The notes: generated by a model from the sequence alone, not told the origin. Counted from the stretch's first letter, positions 8,378 through 18,527 are shown. The stretch: DNA of 64,000 nt from an uncultured Erysipelotrichaceae bacterium (GCA_902787955.1 CADAIJ010000005.1:34049-98048); one strand, 5' to 3'. Numbers and translations are program-made.

Positions 8378-9622
8378 ATGGATTCTAAAATTGCTGTCAT
8401 CGATCTAAAAGCTTTTTATTCCTTTGTCGAGTGTGTTGAAAGAGGACTAAATCCTTTAACCACCCCACTAGCGGTTTGTGATGCTTCTAGAGGTGATGGA
8501 ACAATCGTTTTATCAGTTAGCCCATATTTAAAAGAAATGGGTGTTCCTTCACGATGTAGAAAAAGAGAATTACCTGATATTCCTGGAATGATTTTTGCGA
8601 CTCCTAGAATGGAACTTTATATCAAAAAGTCCGCAGAAGTCGTCTCGATTGTCTTAGATTATGTTGGGGAAGATGATATTCATATCTATTCTATCGATGA
8701 GTTATTTATCAATTTAAGTCCTTATCTAAAGATGTATAAAATGACTCCTTATGAGTTAGTTAATACGATAAAAGAGAAAATATTTGAAAAGACAAGATTA
8801 GTATCCACGGCTGGAATTGGCGATAACATGCTTTTAGCCAAGTTAGCGTTAGATTTAGATGGAAAGAAGAATCCACCTTATATTTCGGTTTGGACTAAAG
8901 AAGATGTTCCAACTAAGCTATGGCCAGTTACACCTTTATCTAAAATGTGGGGAATATCTACTAATTTTGAAAGAAGACTCAATAAATACGGTATTTTTAC
9001 AGTTGGTCAACTTGCAAACGCTGATAAAAACTTCCTAAAGAAAGAACTTGGTGTTATTGGCGAACAACTTTGGGAACACGCAAACGGAATAGATAACACT
9101 AATATTAGAGAGAAATATGTTCCTGAATCTACTTCATTATCTTTAGGTCAGGTTTTGTTTAGAGACTATAACAAAGATGAAGCTAAATTAATTGTAAAAG
9201 AGATGTGCGATGATTTAACTTCTAGGCTTAGAGAAAAAGGTTTTAAAACTGGTTGCGTTAGTGTTTCAATTGGCTATTCCATGGGAGTATATGGTGGATT
9301 TTCGAGACAGGCTAAGTTAGAAAGCCCTACTAATGATACGCATATTATTCTTAAAGAATTAAATAGAATATATGATAAATATATAGAAGATCTTCCAATT
9401 CGAAGAGTGTATTTATCTTATGGGATGTTAACTGATTCAGAATACACACAATTATCTTTATTTGAGGATAACGAAGAATCTTTAGAAAGAGAAAATCTTG
9501 ATAAAGTAATGGATGAAGTCAAAAAGAAATTTGGAAAGAACGCAGTACTTAGAGGGTCTTCTTTAACTGAAGCTTCCACTGCTAAAGAAAGACATAGTCA
9601 AATAGGAGGACATAAACGATGA
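8378..9622 (+). CDS. Y-family DNA polymerase (UvrX/PolY2/ImpB-UmuC type)
   Basis: IAVIDLKAFYSFVEC and SIDELFINL are the Y-family catalytic motifs. The ORF is 414 aa. Its TGA stop overlaps the next ATG (ATGA). Confidence 0.9.
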   Translation: MDSKIAVIDLKAFYSFVECVERGLNPLTTPLAVCDASRGDGTIVLSVSPYLKEMGVPSRCRKRELPDIPGMIFATPRMELYIKKSAEVVSIVLDYVGEDDIHIYSIDELFINLSPYLKMYKMTPYELVNTIKEKIFEKTRLVSTAGIGDNMLLAKLALDLDGKKNPPYISVWTKEDVPTKLWPVTPLSKMWGISTNFERRLNKYGIFTVGQLANADKNFLKKELGVIGEQLWEHANGIDNTNIREKYVPESTSLSLGQVLFRDYNKDEAKLIVKEMCDDLTSRLREKGFKTGCVSVSIGYSMGVYGGFSRQAKLESPTNDTHIILKELNRIYDKYIEDLPIRRVYLSYGMLTDSEYTQLSLFEDNEESLERENLDKVMDEVKKKFGKNAVLRGSSLTEASTAKERHSQIGGHKR

Positions 9623-9933
9623 GTGATCGCGGAATGAAAAAATGGGCTCCTTTTGCCTCCTTAATAGAACAAAGTGAATTTCTTGAAGCAATGTATTACG
9701 AGAAAAACAAAAAAGATAAACCAAAAATATCAAGTGAACGCGCTGAAGAAATTAATCAAATTCTAACTAATTATCATGGAGAAGTAGTTATTATTCAATA
9801 TTTCTATGATGGCTACGTTTATAAGATTGAGACTATTTTAAAAAGAATCGATGTGTTAAATCGAAAATTGATTCTGGAAGATGGGTCTATTCCGTTTTCC
9901 GCACTAGTGGATTTATCATATAAAGATTTCTAA
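9619..9933 (+). CDS. YolD-like protein
   Basis: The ORF is 104 aa with an MKKWAPFASL..-type N-terminus. It is translationally coupled to the Y-family polymerase, as in the Bacillus yolD/uvrX and yqjX/yqjW pairs. Confidence 0.8.
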   Translation: MSDRGMKKWAPFASLIEQSEFLEAMYYEKNKKDKPKISSERAEEINQILTNYHGEVVIIQYFYDGYVYKIETILKRIDVLNRKLILEDGSIPFSALVDLSYKDF

Positions 9934-9940
9934 GTAAATT

Positions 9941-9966
9941 CACCCTTTAGGGTGTTTTTATTTTTA
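9941..9966 (+). terminator. Rho-independent terminator
   Basis: CACCC-TTTA-GGGTG followed by TTTTTATTTTTA. Confidence 0.7.
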
Positions 9967-10148
9967 TATAATTTTCAATTGAATTAAGTATTTATTGTTT
10001 TGGAATTCATTTGCTTTTCATTTCCGTTTTTTAGCACATTTTTAGCGGTTAAAATGGTGTTTTTAGACAAATTTCGGAAAATAACTTTATTTCAATTCCA
10101 AAAATGCTATGATTTTATATGTGTTTGCCTGATAAGGGGAAGAAATTT

Positions 10149-11480
10149 ATGGGAAATTATACTAAAAAACAAATCTTAAACATCGCTAAAGAAGAAAAAG
10201 TTCATTATGTAAGACTTCAATTCACTGATATGTTAGGAGCTTTAAAAGCAGTTGAAATACCAGTAAGTAAATTAGAAGATGCTTTAAATAATCAAATCAT
10301 GTTCGATGGTTCATCCATTGAAGGCTTTGTCCGTATTAAAGAAGCTGATATGTATTTAAAACCTGATTTAGATACATGGCTTATTTTAAATTTTGAAGAT
10401 AGTTCATATGGTAAAGTAGCTAGATTAATCTGTGATGTTTACACTCCATACGGAAAACCATTCCCTGGTGATCCAAGATTTATCTTAAAAAGAGCAATTA
10501 AAAGATTAAATAACGCGGGTATTGCTACTTTAAGTGTTGGATTTGAACCAGAATTCTATATTTTAAAAAGAAATGAAGTTGGTGAATTAATTACCACTGA
10601 TGAAGGAAGTTATTTTGATCTTTCTCCACTCGATGGTGCTAACTCAATTAGAAGAGATATTGCCTTAGAATTAGAAAATTTAGGATTTATTGTTCAAACC
10701 GCTCACCACGAAGTTGGAAGAGGACAACAAGAAATAAACTATAAATACTCCGATGTTTTAACTGCTTGTGATAATGCTCAAACATTTAAACAAGTTGTTA
10801 AAGTAGTCGCAGCAAAACATGGTTATATTGCAACATTTATGCCAAAACCATTCGCTACATTAGCAGGTTCTGGCATGCACGCTAATGTTTCTATTCAAGA
10901 TTTTGAAGGAAATAACTTATTCTATGATGAAAAGAAAGACATGAAACTTTCTGATATATGCCGCCAATTCATTTATGGTGTTTTAAAACATTCTCGTTCA
11001 TTATGCGGTTTAACAAATCCTACTGTTAACTCTTATAAGAGATTAATACCAGGTTATGAAGCTCCATGCTATGCATGCTGGAGTGATGCAAATAGATCAT
11101 CTATGATTCGTATTCCTGCGGTTAGAGGACAAGCAACCAGAATTGAAATTAGAAACGTTGATCCTACTGCAAACCCATATTTAGCTTTAGCAGCTATTAT
11201 TAACGCTGGTTTAGATGGAATTATAAATAAAGATAAAACTCCAGTTGTTCCACCTGTTTATGACAATATCTTCTCCTTAACAAGAAAACAAAGAGAAGCG
11301 TTAGGTATTCCTAATCTTCCAGAAAACTTAAAAGATGCCACTAAAGAAATGGAAAACGATCCACTTATTAGAGAAACTTTAGGCGAGCATACATTTGATA
11401 AATATATCACCGCTAAAAAACTTGAGTGGGATGAATATCGTAAGATAATTTCTGCTTGGGAACAGAAGAAATATTTATAA
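10149..11480 (+). CDS. glnA: Glutamine synthetase, type I
   Basis: VRLQFTDMLG, FEPEFY, MPKPF..GSGMH and NRSSMIRIP are GSI signatures. I trimmed the start to MGNYTKKQ because GGGGA lies 8 nt upstream. Confidence 0.92.
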   Translation: MGNYTKKQILNIAKEEKVHYVRLQFTDMLGALKAVEIPVSKLEDALNNQIMFDGSSIEGFVRIKEADMYLKPDLDTWLILNFEDSSYGKVARLICDVYTPYGKPFPGDPRFILKRAIKRLNNAGIATLSVGFEPEFYILKRNEVGELITTDEGSYFDLSPLDGANSIRRDIALELENLGFIVQTAHHEVGRGQQEINYKYSDVLTACDNAQTFKQVVKVVAAKHGYIATFMPKPFATLAGSGMHANVSIQDFEGNNLFYDEKKDMKLSDICRQFIYGVLKHSRSLCGLTNPTVNSYKRLIPGYEAPCYACWSDANRSSMIRIPAVRGQATRIEIRNVDPTANPYLALAAIINAGLDGIINKDKTPVVPPVYDNIFSLTRKQREALGIPNLPENLKDATKEMENDPLIRETLGEHTFDKYITAKKLEWDEYRKIISAWEQKKYL

Positions 11481-11481
11481 A

Positions 11482-11503
11482 AGAGTGGACTTCCTATAGG
11501 AAA
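11482..11503 (+). repeat. Copy a of the AGAGTGGACTTCCTATAGGAAA motif (contains palindrome TTCCTATAGGAA)
   Basis: It shares an 18-mer with 46330-46347 (minus). It is 22/23 identical to 17388-17410 (minus). Confidence 0.7.
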
Positions 11504-12988
11504 TTAGCTCTTATAGTATAGTCTATGTTTATAGCTCATAGGCTCTTCAGTGATATTGATTCCTAAACGTTTAAAGGTATCTCTATCTACTTCAGAGAGA
11601 ATATGAGATGAATGGGCCTCGAGCCCTTTTAATTTTGGAATTTGTTTTAAGATTAAATCCGCGAGTGGATTAGTTTGAGCTTGGATTGAAAGAATAAGAA
11701 GAATCTCTTCACAACGTAATCTAGTATAACTACGATGAAGGGTATCAACTTTAATGTTATGAACTGATTTAACAACGGTTGGAGATAAAAGTAATAAGTT
11801 TTTATCTAATTTTGCTAAAGATTTACATGCATTTAAAAGTAAAGCGGCCCCTGATGAAAGAAGTTCGCTTCGATGAGAAGTAACAATCTTCTTATTTGGT
11901 AATTCAATAGCCATAGTTGGTTCATTTTTAATTTTGAACATATCGTTACAAGCTTTGACGCATTTTCTTTTTTCAATTGATGTCTCAGCTTTTTTCATTA
12001 AGAAATCAATCTTTTCAAGAGCACTATCTTCGAGCTTGCCTTGATAAATTTTGATTCTAGTTTCGAAATATCTTCTAACGATTTCTCTTTGGCAGGCGTC
12101 TTTAACTTTTGCTTCATCAGAAATAGCAAATCCAACCATATTAACACCCATATCGGTTGGGGATTGATATGGTGATTCACCATAGATTTGCTTAAAGATT
12201 TCCTTCAATAAAGGAAAAACTTCCACATCACGGTTATAATTAACTGCTAATTTGTTATAAGCTTCAAGATGATATGGGTCGATCATATTAACATCTTGTA
12301 AGTCAACTGTCGCAGCTTCATAAGCTAAATTAACTGGGTGCAAAAGAGGTAAATTCCACACTGGGAATGTTTCATATTTCGCGTAACCTGCGCGTAATCC
12401 TCTTTTATTTTCATGATAAAGTTGTGACAAACAGACCGCCATCTTGCCGCTTCCTGGACCAGGTGCGGTAACAACAATTAATGGTCTAGTGGTAACAACA
12501 TATTCGTTTTTACCCAAGCCTTCATTAGACACAATAAGTGGGATATTTTGAGGATATCCGTTAATTCGATATGATTTATAAACTTTAATATCGTTATTTT
12601 CGAGCTTCTTTTTAAATTCGATAATGCTGTGAATGTCTTCGTAGAAAGATATAACAACACTAGAAACATATAAACCGACTTCACGGTAAGTATCAATTAA
12701 TCTAAGAACATCATCTTGGTATGTAATGCCAACGTCTGCTCTCATTTTATTAGAAACAATGTCGTTCGCGTTGATAGCAATAATAATTTCAACTTTATTT
12801 TTAATACCTAAAAGCATTTGGAGTTTGGAGTCTGGTTTAAAACCAGGAAGAACTCTTGAAGCGTGATAATCATCAAAAAGCTTTCCTCCAAATTCGAGAT
12901 AAAGTTTATCGCCGTATTTTTCGATTCTCTCTAAAATAGCAGCGCGTTGAATCTTAAGATATTTATTGTTATCAAACCCGGTTTTCAT
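11504..12988 (-). CDS. DUF1846 / UPF0371 family protein
   Basis: MKTGFDNNKYLKIQ...KLYLEFGGKLFDDYHASRVLPGF is the characteristic UPF0371 N-terminus. Confidence 0.85.
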   Translation of the reverse strand: MKTGFDNNKYLKIQRAAILERIEKYGDKLYLEFGGKLFDDYHASRVLPGFKPDSKLQMLLGIKNKVEIIIAINANDIVSNKMRADVGITYQDDVLRLIDTYREVGLYVSSVVISFYEDIHSIIEFKKKLENNDIKVYKSYRINGYPQNIPLIVSNEGLGKNEYVVTTRPLIVVTAPGPGSGKMAVCLSQLYHENKRGLRAGYAKYETFPVWNLPLLHPVNLAYEAATVDLQDVNMIDPYHLEAYNKLAVNYNRDVEVFPLLKEIFKQIYGESPYQSPTDMGVNMVGFAISDEAKVKDACQREIVRRYFETRIKIYQGKLEDSALEKIDFLMKKAETSIEKRKCVKACNDMFKIKNEPTMAIELPNKKIVTSHRSELLSSGAALLLNACKSLAKLDKNLLLLSPTVVKSVHNIKVDTLHRSYTRLRCEEILLILSIQAQTNPLADLILKQIPKLKGLEAHSSHILSEVDRDTFKRLGINITEEPMSYKHRLYYKS

Positions 12989-12990
12989 AA

Positions 12991-14217
12991 TTAGAAAGCA
13001 AACACTCCATCTTTAAAGATTTGTACTCTTTCACCATTACGTTTAACACCGACAATATTTAAATCTTTCGATCCAATCATAAAGTCGACATGAATAGATG
13101 AATCGTTAACACCCATGTCATGCAATTCTTTTTGAGTGTAATTTTCGTATCCTTTTACTAGATTAGTAAATCCCATACCTAAGGCAAGGTGACAGACTGC
13201 GTTTTCATCATATAAGGTGTTACAGAATAATAAGTTTGTTTGATTGATTGGAGAGGTAAATGGAACTAAAGCAACTTCACCTAAGTAGCAAGCGCCTTCA
13301 TCCATTGAAATCATTTCTTTTAATAGTTCTTCGTTCTTTTCAGCGTGAACTTCAACAGCCTTACCGTTTTCAAATCTAATCCAGAAGTTTTCAATTAATT
13401 GGCTTTGATAAGAAAGTGGTTTTGTGGAGTGAACAATACCTTCTGCTTTCCCTTTAATTGGAGAGGTAAAACATTCTTCAGTAGGGATGTTAGGATTGAA
13501 AAAGATGCCACTTCCTAGGGTTTTTTCGCCTCCAGCTTCCCAAATTACTTTGTCATTTAACCAGACTTTAAAATCAGTTCCATTACTTGATTTATATTCT
13601 AAATAATCCAAGTCTAAAGAGTTTAAAAACTCAGTGTGTTTTTGTAATTCTTTATTATGTTCGTCCCAGGCTTTAATTGGGTCTTCATTACATCTAGATG
13701 TCTTTAAAATAGCTTCCCATAATTTTTCTACTGCTTTTCCCTTTGGAAGATCTGGGAATACTTTTTTAGCCCATGCTGGAGAAGCCGCACCAGCGATAGT
13801 CCATTGATATTTATTTTCTCTTTCTTCACGGAGAGGTTTCATAATTGGATAAACCATCTTAGAAACTTCCGCTAATTTCTTTTGGCTAACACCTTTTAAA
13901 CCATCTGGATCTTCACTATCAATGAAGATAAAAACAGGTAAGGTTTTGTTATAGTGTTTTTGTTTTTCAATTTGCCAATCATTAACAGTTCCTAAAACTT
14001 TAGTTTTAGCTTTACGATATGTTACTCTAGCACAAATGTCGCTTCCCCAGTCGACACTAACATGACGAGCGCCAAGTTTATAACATTCTTCCATAACATA
14101 GGAGACAAGTAATTCTTGGTCAACACTTGCGCGGATAACAACATCTTGTCCTTTTTGGACATTGCCACCAACTTTTGCAATTAATAAAGCGTATTTTTTA
14201 AGAACTGATTTTTTCAT
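12991..14217 (-). CDS. Aminopeptidase, M29 family (AmpS/PepS-like)
   Basis: The ORF is 408 aa. It has an M29-type N-terminus (LKKYALLIAKVGGNVQKGQ) and the conserved C-terminal HVDFMIG. Confidence 0.85.
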   Translation of the reverse strand: MKKSVLKKYALLIAKVGGNVQKGQDVVIRASVDQELLVSYVMEECYKLGARHVSVDWGSDICARVTYRKAKTKVLGTVNDWQIEKQKHYNKTLPVFIFIDSEDPDGLKGVSQKKLAEVSKMVYPIMKPLREERENKYQWTIAGAASPAWAKKVFPDLPKGKAVEKLWEAILKTSRCNEDPIKAWDEHNKELQKHTEFLNSLDLDYLEYKSSNGTDFKVWLNDKVIWEAGGEKTLGSGIFFNPNIPTEECFTSPIKGKAEGIVHSTKPLSYQSQLIENFWIRFENGKAVEVHAEKNEELLKEMISMDEGACYLGEVALVPFTSPINQTNLLFCNTLYDENAVCHLALGMGFTNLVKGYENYTQKELHDMGVNDSSIHVDFMIGSKDLNIVGVKRNGERVQIFKDGVFAF

Positions 14218-14220
14218 AAT

Positions 14221-15018
14221 TTATTTTCCAATCTTATTTTTATAGGCTAAGACAAGGTTAGACATTAAACTTAAACGAGTTAATAAGCCAACTCCACCTG
14301 GAACAGGTGTTTGTAAAGCAACATCAAGTCCTGGTCTAGCATCACCATGTAATCCATTTTCATCTCTAGAAATACCAACATCCACCACAACTGCGGATTT
14401 TTTAAATGTTTGTTTATCTAAGAAATGCATTTTACCGATAGCAATAACAATGATGTCAGCATGAGCAATATAGAAATTCATATCTTCTTCTTTAGTTCTA
14501 GAGTGTAAAACAGTGACATTGCAGTGTTCTTGAAGAAGAAGTTTTGCAACTGGTTTTCCAACAATATTAGATCTACCAATTACAACCGCATTTTTACCAA
14601 CAAAGTTGACTTCTGAGGCTTTTAAGTAGTCAATTATGCCTTTTGGAGTGCATGGAACAAAGGATGAAAGTGGATGGAAACCATCAACATCTTTTGTTGG
14701 ATTAACACTTAATTTAATTAATTCTTCATCAATACCTTTTGGAAGAGGCATTTGAACGATTAAACCATCGACTGATTCATCGTTATTTACTTTTTCAATT
14801 TCTTTTAATAATTCTTCTTGAGTAATAGTAACAGGGAATTTAAGTAATTCAGCGTTGATTCCGATCTCTGCGGCATCTTTAAGTTTTCCTTTTACATAAG
14901 CACAAGAAGCTGGGTCATCATTTACTTGAATAATGACAAGTTTTGGGGTTCTTTCAAAAGAAGAAATTTCATCTTTTAAAACGTTTTTACGTTCACGTAC
15001 ATAGTCTTTAATAATCAT
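14221..15018 (-). CDS. folD: Bifunctional methylenetetrahydrofolate dehydrogenase/cyclohydrolase
   Basis: LVIIQVNDDPAS..YV..K, DVDGFHP, VVIGRSNIVGKP and PVPGGVGLLT motifs are present. Confidence 0.93.
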   Translation of the reverse strand: MIIKDYVRERKNVLKDEISSFERTPKLVIIQVNDDPASCAYVKGKLKDAAEIGINAELLKFPVTITQEELLKEIEKVNNDESVDGLIVQMPLPKGIDEELIKLSVNPTKDVDGFHPLSSFVPCTPKGIIDYLKASEVNFVGKNAVVIGRSNIVGKPVAKLLLQEHCNVTVLHSRTKEEDMNFYIAHADIIVIAIGKMHFLDKQTFKKSAVVVDVGISRDENGLHGDARPGLDVALQTPVPGGVGLLTRLSLMSNLVLAYKNKIGK

Positions 15019-15067
15019 AATGCAATAATTCTACACCATGAGAAGATATCTTTAAATAAAATTTAAA

Positions 15068-15090
15068 TAAAAAAATAGGCAATCGCCTAC
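15068..15090 (-). terminator. Rho-independent terminator after secG
   Basis: The minus strand reads GTAGGC-GATT-GCCTA followed by TTTTTTT. Confidence 0.6.
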
Positions 15091-15115
15091 TTTATTATTT
15101 TTGCCTCTATTTATC

Positions 15116-15346
15116 TTAGCCTTGCATGACGCTAAATAAGATAGCTAAGAACATAAAGACAATGCCAAATCCGAATGTTAACCAGGTAATGACTTTTTCA
15201 GAACCTCTTTCTTTTGTTTTAACAAAGATGTTCATACCACCACCGGTAATCGCGCCGGAAGCACCTTCGGATTTACCACCTTGAAGCAAGGATAAAATAA
15301 TGATTATGAGGGCTACAATCAAGAATAAGATATCATACCATTTCAT
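15116..15346 (-). CDS. secG: Preprotein translocase subunit SecG
   Basis: The product is 76 aa with two TM segments and the SLLQGGKSEG motif. I trimmed the start to MKWYDIL, which has AAGGAGA upstream. Confidence 0.8.
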   Translation of the reverse strand: MKWYDILFLIVALIIIILSLLQGGKSEGASGAITGGGMNIFVKTKERGSEKVITWLTFGFGIVFMFLAILFSVMQG

Positions 15347-15410
15347 AGTTATTTCTCCTTTTTTCGCTTTAATATAATTACACAATATTTAAATTAAAGC
15401 AAATGCTTAA

Positions 15411-17384
15411 TTAATTTAATGACGCTTTTAGCTCAAATAAGGCATCTCTGATTTCTGCTGCTCTTTCGAAATCATATTCTTTAGCAGCTTGCTTCATTTC
15501 TTTTTCTAAACGTTTAACTTCTCTTTCAATTTCAGTTCTAGAAGATACTTTAGAAAGTTTTTGAACAGATTCGCTTTCGCTTTCAATATTTTTAAGAGGT
15601 GGGCGAATTGCTTTAATGATAGTTTCAGGAACAATTCCATATTCTTCGTTATAATCGTTTTGAATTTTACGACGACGGTTTGTCTCATCAATAGCGTTTC
15701 TCATGCTATCAGTAACAGTATCAGCATACATAATTACTTTACCGTCTTTATTTCTAGCGGCACGACCGATAACTTGAATTAAAGATCTGGTACTTCTTAA
15801 GAAGCCTTCCTTATCAGCATCTAAAATTGCAATCAAAGAAACTTCAGGAATATCTAAACCTTCTCTAAGTAAATTAATACCGACAAGAACATCATATTTA
15901 CCTTTACGAAGTTGATAAATTATTTCACTTCTTTCAAGGGTTTTAGTCTCGTTATGAAGATACGCTACTTTAATATCGCGGTCTTTTAAATATGCGGTTA
16001 AATCTTCCGCCATACGGATCGTTAAAGTGACAATCATGACTCTCTCATTTTTCTTCATTCTTTCATGAATTTCATATAGGAGGTCGTCTATTTGCCCTAA
16101 AGTTGGTCTAACTTCAATAACTGGATCAAGTAAACCGGTTGGACGAATAATTTGTTCAGTTACACGATGTTCACATCTTTCTAATTCATAATCTCCAGGA
16201 GTGGCGGATGTGCAAATTGTTTGAGGCATTAATGATTCAAATTCTTCAAAATTTAATGGTCTATTATCTAAAGCACTTGGAAGTCTAAAGCCATATTCCA
16301 CTAAAGTGGTTTTACGGCTTCTATCGCCATTAAACATTCCTCTAATTTGAGGGAAGGTAACGTGAGATTCATCGATGATTAATAAGAAATCTTTTGGGAA
16401 ATAATCAATTAAGCAATATGGTCTTTCTCCTGCTTTTCTTTTATCAATATGTCTTGAATAATTCTCAATTCCTGGACACATACCAAATTCAAGAAGAGAT
16501 TCCATATCTTGTCTTGTTCTCATTTCAAGACGTTCTGCTTCGAGAAGTTTATCATTATCTTTAAAGAATTTAAGTCTTTCTTCTAATTCGATAGAGATAG
16601 TCTTTACAGCTTCTTTAAGTCTTTCATGAGTAGAAGCGTGATCATAGGCTGGATAAATTGGATAAGTTTTATAACTATTCTTCACTACTCCAGTTAACGA
16701 ATCCACTAAAGAGATGCGTTCAATTTCGTCGCCAAATGTATCGATATGTAAAACAAAATCAGTGGAGTATGGAGGCGCGATTTCAATAACATCTCCTCTA
16801 ACCCTAAACGTACCTGGTTTTAAATCTAAATTATTACGGGTGTATTGAGCGTCAATCAATGATTGAAATAATTTATTTCGGTCTATTTCTTCACCTTCAC
16901 GAATCTCAAAGACAAGATTACGATATTCATCAGGATCAGTTAAACCATAGATAGATGCAACTGAACCGACAATAATTGTGTCTCTTCTTTCTAAGACGGA
17001 ATTAATTGCGCTAGTACGAAGCATTTCAATTTCTTCGTTCATAACTGCACTTTTATCAATATGAAGGTCAGATTTAGGTAAATAAGCTTCAGGCTGATAA
17101 AAATCGAAGTTAGAAACAAAGTATTCCACACGGTTATTTGGGAATAATTCTTTAAATTCCGCATATAGTTGTCCAGCTAGGACTTTATTATGAACAAGAA
17201 CAAGAGTAGGTTTTTGGACTTTTTCAATTACATTAGCCATTGTAAAAGTTTTGCCGGTTCCAGTAGCGCCTAATAGTACTTGTAATTTCTTTCCTTCGTT
17301 AAGTCCGTTTACAAGATCTTTAATAGCTTCAGGTTGATCACCAGTAGGTTTAAATTGAGATACTAATTCAAATCTATGTTCCAT
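15411..17384 (-). CDS. uvrB: Excinuclease ABC subunit B
   Basis: The sequence has [11 protein letters not shown] and GATGTGKTF, and ends in the C-terminal UVR domain (FERAAEIRD). Confidence 0.97.
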   Translation of the reverse strand: MEHRFELVSQFKPTGDQPEAIKDLVNGLNEGKKLQVLLGATGTGKTFTMANVIEKVQKPTLVLVHNKVLAGQLYAEFKELFPNNRVEYFVSNFDFYQPEAYLPKSDLHIDKSAVMNEEIEMLRTSAINSVLERRDTIIVGSVASIYGLTDPDEYRNLVFEIREGEEIDRNKLFQSLIDAQYTRNNLDLKPGTFRVRGDVIEIAPPYSTDFVLHIDTFGDEIERISLVDSLTGVVKNSYKTYPIYPAYDHASTHERLKEAVKTISIELEERLKFFKDNDKLLEAERLEMRTRQDMESLLEFGMCPGIENYSRHIDKRKAGERPYCLIDYFPKDFLLIIDESHVTFPQIRGMFNGDRSRKTTLVEYGFRLPSALDNRPLNFEEFESLMPQTICTSATPGDYELERCEHRVTEQIIRPTGLLDPVIEVRPTLGQIDDLLYEIHERMKKNERVMIVTLTIRMAEDLTAYLKDRDIKVAYLHNETKTLERSEIIYQLRKGKYDVLVGINLLREGLDIPEVSLIAILDADKEGFLRSTRSLIQVIGRAARNKDGKVIMYADTVTDSMRNAIDETNRRRKIQNDYNEEYGIVPETIIKAIRPPLKNIESESESVQKLSKVSSRTEIEREVKRLEKEMKQAAKEYDFERAAEIRDALFELKASLN

Positions 17385-17387
17385 AAA

Positions 17388-17409
17388 TTTCCTATAGGAA
17401 GTCCACTAT
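17388..17409 (-). repeat. Copy b of the motif (minus strand ATAGTGGACTTCCTATAGGAAA), directly upstream of the uvrB ATG
   Basis: The palindrome TTCCTATAGGAA sits at 17389-17400. Its AGGAAA end doubles as the only SD-like element for uvrB. Confidence 0.7.
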
Positions 17410-17410
17410 T

Positions 17411-18527
17411 TTACTTCAATTCGGTGTTTCTTGCTAATAATTCAAGATAAGCAAAAATGAAGTTATCAATCTCACCATCCATAACGGCATCAACATCACT
17501 TTCACTATAATTTGTGCGGTGATCTTTAACCATTGTGTATGGACAGAAAACATATGAACGGATTTGACTGCCCCATTCAATATCTTTTTGTTCTCCAACG
17601 ATATTTTGTAAGGCTTTTTCTTTTTTTTCCATCTCCATTTGATAGAGGCGAGATTTAAGCATTAGCATTGCTCTTTCTTTGTTTAATAATTGGCTTCTTT
17701 CAACTTGGCAGGAAACAACAATTCCAGTTGGGATATGAGAGATTCTAACCGCGGTTTCAACTTTGTTGACGTTTTGTCCACCAGCGCCACCAGAACGATA
17801 TGTATCTACTCTAATATCTTTATCCTCAATCTTAATATCGACATCATTTTCAAAGATAGGAACGACGTTAATTGATGCGAAAGATGTATGTCTTCTTTTA
17901 TTTGCATCAAAAGGTGAAATACGAACTAATCTATGAACACCTTTTTCGGATTTAAGCATTCCGTAAGCATTCTTACCTTGGACAGCTAAAGTCATTGATT
18001 TAATTCCAGCTTCTTCACCGAGTTGAGAGTCTAAAACTTGGAATTTCATGTTATGTCTTTCACACCATCTAACATACATTCTAGATAGCATATCCGCCCA
18101 GTCTTGAGATTCGGTTCCTCCTGCTCCTGGATGGATTTCGAGTGTGCAATTTAAATTATCAAATTCACCCTTAAATAATAGTCTTTGGCGAAACTTCTTA
18201 GTGGTTTTTTTAAGATCGTTAAGCATTTCTTCAAGGAGTTCTTTTAAGTCGGTATCTTCTTCAGGAGTGGACGCCAAAAGATCTTTAATATCCTTATGAT
18301 TTTTCTCAATTTCAACATAGGTATCACGCTCTTCTTTGGCGTTATTATATTCTTCAATCACTTTTAAAGCGGCTTTCTGGTCATTCCAAAAGCCATCTTT
18401 ATTTTGTTCAATATCTAATTCAGCAATTTTTTTGTTTAAAAAGTCGAGGTCAAAGAGAGTCACCGAGTCTATAGACCATTTCGGAGACTTCATTAAAGTC
18501 TTGGCGAAGTTCTTGTAGCTCTTTCAT
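17411..18527 (-). CDS. prfB: Peptide chain release factor 2, requires programmed +1 frameshift at CTT TGA C
   Basis: Frame 0 from ATG at 18527 reads [25 protein letters not shown], then TGA at 18452-18450. A +1 shift joins the 17411-18451 frame (DLDFLNKK...). An SD-like GGTGA lies 4 nt upstream of CTT. The SPF and GGQ motifs are present. Confidence 0.93.

Noticed and set aside
8100-9966. tRNA-Ala could be an integration site of a mobile element carrying uvrX-yolD.
   Set aside because: I found no direct repeat of the tRNA 3' end, no integrase and no other phage or ICE genes nearby. It is kept only as a low-interest remark.
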